Source of the DNA: an uncultured Gammaproteobacteria bacterium
GTDB taxonomy: Bacteria; Patescibacteriota; Microgenomatia; UBA8517
Assembly (NCBI GenBank): GCA_964617045.1
Contig: CAZTVZ010000001.1
Location: 24,521-88,520, forward strand
DNA: 64,000 bases
Direction: 5' to 3'
Position numbers and translations under genes: made by a program. Of this stretch, positions 57,817 to 64,000 are shown in pieces. Below the pieces are notes generated by a model that searched no databases, was not told the origin of the DNA, and saw only the letters and a list, made by a program, of their open reading frames with translations. How positions within the stretch are numbered: the stretch's first letter is position 1; each line of letters begins with the position of its first letter.

Positions 57817-58350
57817 TCAGTCAAAAACTTCAAATACAGTTGTATTGGTCGAAGTTAATCCGTAATTACAGATATTTGTCCCGCCACAAGTAACAACAAC
57901 AGGGTTTATGCAATTGGGGGTGCCACCTTGAACACCGTTCGTTCCTTTAATACAATTTTTATCTTGTTGATTTTCCAGTCGGGCGAAAAGTTTATATTTA
58001 CTCCTCGCAGTGTTTACATAATATTGATATATCGTTGATTCCGAAGGGTCAGATGGAAGAGTTTTGAAATACACCGTTTGACCATCGGTAAAATCGTCAT
58101 AACCCCAGTCACAGTTTCCTTCTGTGGTAGAAGGACATCCAGCAATCATTGTCCCGGAAGCACCAGGATATTGCCTGTGATCCTGATAGTACAATTCAAG
58201 TGCGTTTACAATCTGTTTTAAATCGCTTTTTCTCTGAGCATCCCTTCCTTTCATTTGAGAAGATCGAAAAGCTCCTACTCCAACAACGGCAAGTATTCCA
58301 AGAATTGCAATTACTACAAGTAGCTCAATTAAAGTAAAACCTTTTTTCAT
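57817..58350 (-). CDS. Type IV pilin (GspG-like)
   Basis: KG|FTLIELL; RDAQRKSDL; YKLFARLEN. Confidence 0.9.
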   Translation of the reverse strand: MKKGFTLIELLVVIAILGILAVVGVGAFRSSQMKGRDAQRKSDLKQIVNALELYYQDHRQYPGASGTMIAGCPSTTEGNCDWGYDDFTDGQTVYFKTLPSDPSESTIYQYYVNTARSKYKLFARLENQQDKNCIKGTNGVQGGTPNCINPVVVTCGGTNICNYGLTSTNTTVFEVFD

Positions 58351-58958
58351 GGCATCAATTTATTTTCGTACTCTTTCAGGGACATATCAAGCGGAGTGCC
58401 TCTCGAAGCTTTTCCAAAATTGCAGATATCACTACCGCAGGATATGTTTCTTTGCTCGATTTTAGTAGAATAATCTAGAACACTTTTCCCTTCAAAGGAT
58501 CCGAATATTTGATAATGGTCTCCTGTAGAAAAATATCGATAACTTCTTCCCTTCGAAGATTCCATGTCTTGAGGAACATGGGAAAGATATGGTTCTTTTC
58601 CTTCGACGGTAAAATCTTCGAAAACACTTTCTCCCCATATGCACGGAGCAAATGTTTGAAACATCTTTTCCCTGTTTTCCAATGGCCTTCCTGCAAGTAA
58701 ATATTTCATGTCTTCCCTTTCCCAACCTTCAGGTAGGCATGCAATAATTTCTCCTTCATCGGAAGCTAAAGGGTACCTGTCAAAATCATTGTAAAAAGCT
58801 TCAAGTGCCGATTGAACAGCGGTTAGATCGTTTCTTCTTTGGATATCCCTTGCTTTTTCAAGACTAACCAGGTAGTTCCAGTAGGAATAAAAATAAATAC
58901 CTATAAGGATAATGACAAGTCCGACAATTTCTTTTTTGTATTCTTTGAGATTGATCAT
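58347..58958 (-). CDS. Pilin-like protein lacking the prepilin cleavage motif
   Basis: RDIQRRNDL..YP core like its neighbours but no G|FxxxE. Confidence 0.75.
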   Translation of the reverse strand: MINLKEYKKEIVGLVIILIGIYFYSYWNYLVSLEKARDIQRRNDLTAVQSALEAFYNDFDRYPLASDEGEIIACLPEGWEREDMKYLLAGRPLENREKMFQTFAPCIWGESVFEDFTVEGKEPYLSHVPQDMESSKGRSYRYFSTGDHYQIFGSFEGKSVLDYSTKIEQRNISCGSDICNFGKASRGTPLDMSLKEYENKLMP

Positions 58959-59590
58959 TCCCATGGTTCACATTCATTTATTGGTTCACCGCTCGAAGGA
59001 GCCGTACACTGAGAGTAGCATGTCTGAGATAGAAAGTTGGGGTCACATTCAGGACCGGGCCTGCTAACATCCCAACCGATAGGAACACAAGAACCGGCTC
59101 GACAACCATAAAAGTCGGATGATGTTATGTTTGCATGAGGGGCATTGGGACTGGAGGTGTAATAATTAAATGCCCCATCGGGACCCAGACCACCCATTAT
59201 GTCCGTGTCAGCGTCATTCTCCAGAGTGGCATAAAGCTTAAACCAATCAGGACAAGTATCGGCATCCGGTATTTCATAAAGATAATCGGATCCTGTTCTG
59301 GGATCACAGGGAATTTTATCAAGGTATGGCCTTAGTCCAGTTCCCGGATTGCAATAGAGAAGATCTCTTGGGGGATAACAATCGTGATCTTTTTCGTATT
59401 CCTCAACGGCTGTTCTGATTTTATGAAGATCAGCTTTTCTTCTTGCGTCAAACCCTTTCCAGATTTGGGTTCGATATGCCCATATGGCAACAACAATCAA
59501 AAGCGCCATAACAACGACAACTATCATTACCTCCATCAAAGTAAAGCCCAATATTCTTTTTTTACTTATTGTGCTTTTTATATTATTCAT
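58955..59590 (-). CDS. Type IV pilin with Cys-rich C-terminal extension
   Basis: LG|FTLMEVM; DARRKADL; multiple Cys. Confidence 0.87.
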   Translation of the reverse strand: MNNIKSTISKKRILGFTLMEVMIVVVVMALLIVVAIWAYRTQIWKGFDARRKADLHKIRTAVEEYEKDHDCYPPRDLLYCNPGTGLRPYLDKIPCDPRTGSDYLYEIPDADTCPDWFKLYATLENDADTDIMGGLGPDGAFNYYTSSPNAPHANITSSDFYGCRAGSCVPIGWDVSRPGPECDPNFLSQTCYSQCTAPSSGEPINECEPWE

Positions 59591-60378
59591 AGCGGCATTA
59601 TTAATCTTAACAAAGTATTGCCCCATAGAAAAACCAAGATGAAAGCTGCGACCAAAAATGGCCCAAACGGTATTTCATCTTTCCTTTTGGCCTTTTTCAA
59701 CATCAAGAGAACTATTGCAACGATAGCTCCCAAAATGAACGATAGAAATATCCAGAGTGGGGTATACGGATAACCCAACAATAATCCTATGGGAACCGCC
59801 AGTTTAACGTCTCCCAAACCCATACCCCGTCCTTTTGTTAGTAAATTAATGGATAACAAGAAAAATGACGCTGCGAATGCGCTAACAATATGCAAATAGA
59901 TATTGGAATAATCAAGAATTATAAAAGTTGTAATAATTAGAGTGGATAGAAAAACAATTGTTTCGTCTGGGATAATCTTATTTTCCCAATCAATAATCAA
60001 AATAAGATAACAAAGGAAAAATACAATTAGGGTGAATATTAGGCCCATAAAACCCAATTCGTTTCGAAACAAAGACAGCAGTGCACTGTCGGAGAAATAG
60101 AAAGCCAAATAAGTAGCAACGAAAATAAATCCCGAGAAAACCTCAATCAAAGGATACCTGCAAGAAATCTTTTCTCTGCAAAAGCGACATTTGCCCCACA
60201 GAAATAAATATGAAAGAAGTGGAATATTGTCGTACCACTTTAGTTTTTTGCGGCACTTAGTACATTCGGATCTTTCGGTTTTCCAATTTATACCTCTGGG
60301 AATCCGATAACTAAGTGCCGTGGCAAAGGAACCAAAAATTAATCCTGCCAAAAACAATACCAATAACCAAGTTATCAC
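59587..60378 (-). CDS. pilD: Prepilin peptidase/N-methyltransferase
   Basis: RS.CxxC...NIP.LSYL..GKCxxC; ID; GMGLGDVK; IPFGPFL. Confidence 0.95.
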   Translation of the reverse strand: MITWLLVLFLAGLIFGSFATALSYRIPRGINWKTERSECTKCRKKLKWYDNIPLLSYLFLWGKCRFCREKISCRYPLIEVFSGFIFVATYLAFYFSDSALLSLFRNELGFMGLIFTLIVFFLCYLILIIDWENKIIPDETIVFLSTLIITTFIILDYSNIYLHIVSAFAASFFLLSINLLTKGRGMGLGDVKLAVPIGLLLGYPYTPLWIFLSFILGAIVAIVLLMLKKAKRKDEIPFGPFLVAAFILVFLWGNTLLRLIMPL

Positions 60379-60379
60379 T

Positions 60380-60979
60380 TTATTCGGGTAAACAGACTAC
60401 ACATGATGTAGCCATATCAGCATATGTTCTAGTCGCACAGTCAGCAACGTTTTCCGTAATTTCGCTATCAGCGATACTTATGGATCTGCTTGCTTTTTTC
60501 TGTTCAGACTTGGATTTTGGTACATAACAAGCGTATACGGATGCAGCAACACCTGCTGTTCCGTCACTCTTTCCAATGTAAAGTAAGTCGTTCCATGCGG
60601 AAGTCGATCTTACAAAATCTCTTTTCGTAAACTCCGTTTTGAGTTCGTTATTGGTAATAAGTAAACCAGGGTCGTTTGGACAACCATTTTGACCCGGTGC
60701 TACATCACATATTCCAATTGTCGTGTCCCTAGCGTCGGTGAAATTAACAGCGTCTTCGTCATCAGTAACCCCGGCTTCATACCAGGGGAAATGTCCGATT
60801 GCCACGTAATATCTATCTATTGCCGCTAAAAGTTGTGATGCGTCCGATTTCATTCTTGAATCCCTTGAACGATTTGCTTGTTCAAGCGGATTAATCGCTG
60901 CTAAAACCGCTGTGGCCAAAACTCCGAGAAGTGCGATAACAATCAAAAGTTCAACTAACGTAAAACCTTTTTTATTCAT
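60380..60979 (-). CDS. pilA: Probable major type IV pilin
   Basis: KG|FTLVELL; own promoter and perfect SD upstream. Confidence 0.8.
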   Translation of the reverse strand: MNKKGFTLVELLIVIALLGVLATAVLAAINPLEQANRSRDSRMKSDASQLLAAIDRYYVAIGHFPWYEAGVTDDEDAVNFTDARDTTIGICDVAPGQNGCPNDPGLLITNNELKTEFTKRDFVRSTSAWNDLLYIGKSDGTAGVAASVYACYVPKSKSEQKKASRSISIADSEITENVADCATRTYADMATSCVVCLPE

Positions 60980-61033
60980 TTTAGGCAGAATTAATTTTGT
61001 TCACCTCCTTTAAATATTAAAACAACTGTAATC

Positions 61034-61062
61034 AGTATGAAAAATCCCCACTGCTATGTCAA
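61034..61062 (-). promoter_or_regulatory. Sigma70 promoter of the major pilin (TTGACA-17-CATACT)
   Basis: Consensus -35 with 17 bp spacer in the pilC-pilin gap; SD AAGGAGGTGA at 61001-61010. Confidence 0.7.
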
Positions 61063-61066
61063 TAGC

Positions 61067-62272
61067 TTAGAAACTACTGGTCAAATTATAGATCGGTAAA
61101 ATAATTGCGATAACCAAAAATCCGACACCAAGTCCCAACAAAATCATTACCAACGGTTCAACGGCAGAGGTTAAAGTTTTTACTTTTTCTTCACTCTCTA
61201 TCTCAAAAACATGGCTTACCTTGGAAAGAACTTCTTCCATTTTTCCGGTTTCTTCTCCAACCGCAATCATTTGGGAAAGGATAAACGGAAAAGCTTCGGG
61301 GTGTTTTGAAAACGAATAAGCAATGGGGAATCCTTTTTCTACTTGTTTTGCAGCATCTTTTAAAGCCTCGGATATTACAACGTTATCGGTAACACCGGAT
61401 GTAATTGTTAAACTTTCAAGGATAGAGACTCCAGCACCGGTCATCAAGCTCATTGTTCTTGTAAGTTCCGTAAGCATTACTTCTTTTTGCATCGGCCCGA
61501 TAATAGGAATCTTAAAATAGAGCTCGTCGGTTTTTCTTCTTCCCAAAGGAGTCTTTCTGTATTGAATAAACGCAAACACACCGATTACTCCAATCATCAA
61601 AACAATGGGCCAGAACTTTACTGCGGCATTCGAAATCGTAATTAATATTTTTGTTGCGACAGGAAGGTTGGCATTAAATTCGGTATATAAAGACATTAAT
61701 CGGGGGATAACAAAGATCATCATTACAATCGCAACTGCAACCATACCAATAACGATAATTGCAGGATAAATAAGGGCTCCTTTTACTTTTCCTGAAAATT
61801 CCTGCTGTTTTTCGAGATTGTCCGCAAGTCTATTTAAAACTTGATCGATAACACCTCCCAATTCTCCTGATTTAACAAGAGCAATGTAGGTTGGGGAGAA
61901 TACTTTAGGATGTTTTTGCAAAGCAACCGAAAGAGACTGTCCGCCTTCAACATCGTTAAGAATTTGAGAAACAACTTTTTGCATACCTCCTTTTGTTTGT
62001 GATCTGAGAATAAGAAGTGACTCGGTAATAGGAAGTCCGGCATTAACCATTGTTGCCATTTGTCTTGTAAAAGTAGTAACGTCTCTCCCGGTGATTTTAT
62101 TTCTTAGATTGGTAATTATTGACGCTATGCTCTCTGTCGCGGGGGATACGGAGATTACAACAAGTCCTTTGTCTCTCACCAGTTTTGCGGCAACACTAAT
62201 AGAGGACGCCTCAACTTCACCGGTTACCAACTTTCCCGTTTTATCTTTTGCTTTGTAAAAAAACCTTTTCAT
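61067..62272 (-). CDS. pilC: Type IV pilus platform protein PilC (GspF family)
   Basis: FTRQ.ATM..AG, GE.GG, AL.YP, GEETG, EP...LPIY. Confidence 0.95.
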   Translation of the reverse strand: MKRFFYKAKDKTGKLVTGEVEASSISVAAKLVRDKGLVVISVSPATESIASIITNLRNKITGRDVTTFTRQMATMVNAGLPITESLLILRSQTKGGMQKVVSQILNDVEGGQSLSVALQKHPKVFSPTYIALVKSGELGGVIDQVLNRLADNLEKQQEFSGKVKGALIYPAIIVIGMVAVAIVMMIFVIPRLMSLYTEFNANLPVATKILITISNAAVKFWPIVLMIGVIGVFAFIQYRKTPLGRRKTDELYFKIPIIGPMQKEVMLTELTRTMSLMTGAGVSILESLTITSGVTDNVVISEALKDAAKQVEKGFPIAYSFSKHPEAFPFILSQMIAVGEETGKMEEVLSKVSHVFEIESEEKVKTLTSAVEPLVMILLGLGVGFLVIAIILPIYNLTSSF

Positions 62273-62279
62273 TTAAACG

Positions 62280-63353
62280 TTAGTACATTCCGTCTTGAGG
62301 AGAGCGAACAAGTCTGGTAAGTTGCTCGGGCCTCATTGACCAACTTTGGGCTACATCCAAAGAAATTTTACCGGCCTTTACCAGTGCGGCAAGTGAATTC
62401 TCCAGTGTATACATTCCCACTTCTTGTGAGGTTTGGAGTATTGAATCAATTTGATGAGTTTTTCCTTCTCTGATAGCTGTTCTAATTGCTGTCGTTCCAA
62501 GCATTACTTCGGAGGCAACCATTCTTCCACCTGTAATAGATGGTACAAGTCTTTGCGAGAATACCGCCTCAATAACATTTGACAGTTGAAGTCTTACTTG
62601 TCCTTGTTGTTCTTCCGGAAAAACATCGACAATTCTATCAATTGTTTGTGCAGCCGAATTGGTGTGCAATGTTGCCAAAACCAAATGTCCGGTCTCTGCA
62701 ACGGTGAGCGCAGCGGCTATTGTTTCGTAATCTCTCATCTCTCCAACAAGTACAACATCCGGATCCTCACGCAGGGTTGATCTTAGCGCAACCTGCCAAG
62801 AATGAGTATCGGACTTCATTTCCCTTTGAGAAATAATCGACTTTATCGGTTTAAACATAAATTCTATCGGGTCTTCAATGGTAACAATGTGGGCAGCTCT
62901 GTTGTTGTTTATTTCATTGATCATTGAGGCAAGAGTCGTTGATTTACCATGTCCTGTTGGTCCCGTAACAAGAACAAATCCTTGTTTCAGGTTGGTGAAG
63001 TTGTGAATTATTTTGGGTAATCCCAATGCGTCAACTGCTGGTATTTCCAAGGGAATTCTTCTGAATGCCGCCGCAAGGGTCCCTCTTTGGGTATATGCGT
63101 TAACACGGAATCTTGCTTTTTCGGAAAACGCCAAAGAAAAATCGATTTCCTTGTTAACGGTAAGTCTTTCAAGTTGTTCTGAGGTCAAAGCTTCTTTTAA
63201 AAAGGCGGCAACGGAGTCGGGGGTAAGAACTGCTTCGTTGGGTACAGGCATCAGATTTCCTTCGACTCTAATCGTAGGAGCAATACCTGAAATGACATGC
63301 AAGTCCGATGCATTTCTGTCTACTGTTAATTGTAATAATTCTTTTACTCCCAT
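62280..63353 (-). CDS. pilT: Pilus retraction ATPase PilT
   Basis: ASDLH, GPTGHGKSTT, TIEDPIE, LREDPD, ETGHLV..TLHT, AIRTAIRE (AIRNLIRE-like). Confidence 0.95.
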   Translation of the reverse strand: MGVKELLQLTVDRNASDLHVISGIAPTIRVEGNLMPVPNEAVLTPDSVAAFLKEALTSEQLERLTVNKEIDFSLAFSEKARFRVNAYTQRGTLAAAFRRIPLEIPAVDALGLPKIIHNFTNLKQGFVLVTGPTGHGKSTTLASMINEINNNRAAHIVTIEDPIEFMFKPIKSIISQREMKSDTHSWQVALRSTLREDPDVVLVGEMRDYETIAAALTVAETGHLVLATLHTNSAAQTIDRIVDVFPEEQQGQVRLQLSNVIEAVFSQRLVPSITGGRMVASEVMLGTTAIRTAIREGKTHQIDSILQTSQEVGMYTLENSLAALVKAGKISLDVAQSWSMRPEQLTRLVRSPQDGMY

Positions 63354-64000
63354 TATTCTTGAGCAACTCTCAATATTTCTTCTATTGTAGTTGTTCCCTC
63401 CAATACTTTTAAGTATCCGTCCTGCTTCATTGTTATTAGTCCATCCAACTTGGCTTGCTTTTCTATTTCGCTGGCTGGTGATCGTTGCAAAATAAGATTT
63501 TGTACTTTTTCCGTTACCGGAATAACTTCAAATATTCCGACTCTTCCTTGATAACCGGAATTGCCGCAATCCTGATCACCTTGGCCCTTATACAATTGAA
63601 CTTGCTTGTTTTGGGGATAAAAGTTTCCCAGAACCTGCTTCATGTCTTCCAATATCTTTGGATCGGGATTATATGCAACCTTACATTTGTCGTGAATTTT
63701 TCTGACGACCCTTTGTGCAACAATGGCTGTCATTGAAGAGGCAAGAAGATAAGGTTCCGCACCCATATCCAAAAGTCTGGGCAAGGCACCCGATGCATCG
63801 TTGGTGTGAAGCGTAGAAAAAACCAAATGACCCGTTAGTGATGCTTGAATAGCAAGATCCGCTGTCTCTCGGTCACGAATTTCTCCAACAAGAATAATAT
63901 TGGGATCTTGTCTCAAAAAAGCTCTTAATCCGGAAGCGAATGTAAGTCCCGCGGCAGGATTAACTTGCACCTGGTTTACACCTGGCATCTTATATTCGAC
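63353..64000 (-). CDS. pilB: Pilus assembly ATPase PilB/GspE (5' part beyond window)
   Basis: [36 protein letters not shown]. Confidence 0.93.
   Translation of the reverse strand, partial: VEYKMPGVNQVQVNPAAGLTFASGLRAFLRQDPNIILVGEIRDRETADLAIQASLTGHLVFSTLHTNDASGALPRLLDMGAEPYLLASSMTAIVAQRVVRKIHDKCKVAYNPDPKILEDMKQVLGNFYPQNKQVQLYKGQGDQDCGNSGYQGRVGIFEVIPVTEKVQNLILQRSPASEIEKQAKLDGLITMKQDGYLKVLEGTTTIEEILRVAQE

Noticed and set aside
1952-63736. Numerous short antisense or alternative-frame ORFs in the ORF track
   Set aside because: They are shadows of well-supported genes and have no motifs or initiation signals.

Overview
AT-rich, gene-dense chromosomal window from what looks like a Patescibacteria (CPR, probably Microgenomates-type) genome; this taxonomy is inferred from gene content and architecture. 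In order it holds: a lower-glycolysis cluster (PGI/PMI fragment, ppsA, eno, gpmI); an SOS/NER block (lexA, uvrB, uvrA, uvrC); secG plus an orphan solute-binding protein; surface proteins and ion antiporters; 15 tRNA genes; a DRG-type GTPase; a dinB cassette; tig; the thrS-infC-rpmI-rplT-pheS-pheT cluster; PBP1A, tyrS and recG; rpmF-nusB-acp-like-rnc-rpsP-khpA; and a large type IV pilus locus (pilB partial, pilT, pilC, major pilin, pilD, about 10 minor or pilin-like genes, pilMNO). No CRISPR array, transposase or prophage is evident. The most notable unannotated signals are: (1) a complete Phe-sensing ribosomal attenuator between rplT and pheS, with leader [14 protein letters not shown] coupled to rplT by an ATGA overlap and 1:2, 2:3 and 3:4 hairpins; (2) a direct-repeat LexA operator CCRAA-N6-CCGAA at lexA/uvrB and at the dinB cassette; (3) a promoter-plus-terminator-defined ~77 nt small RNA candidate; (4) an ACP-like protein lacking the phosphopantetheine serine; (5) pervasive leaderless promoters.
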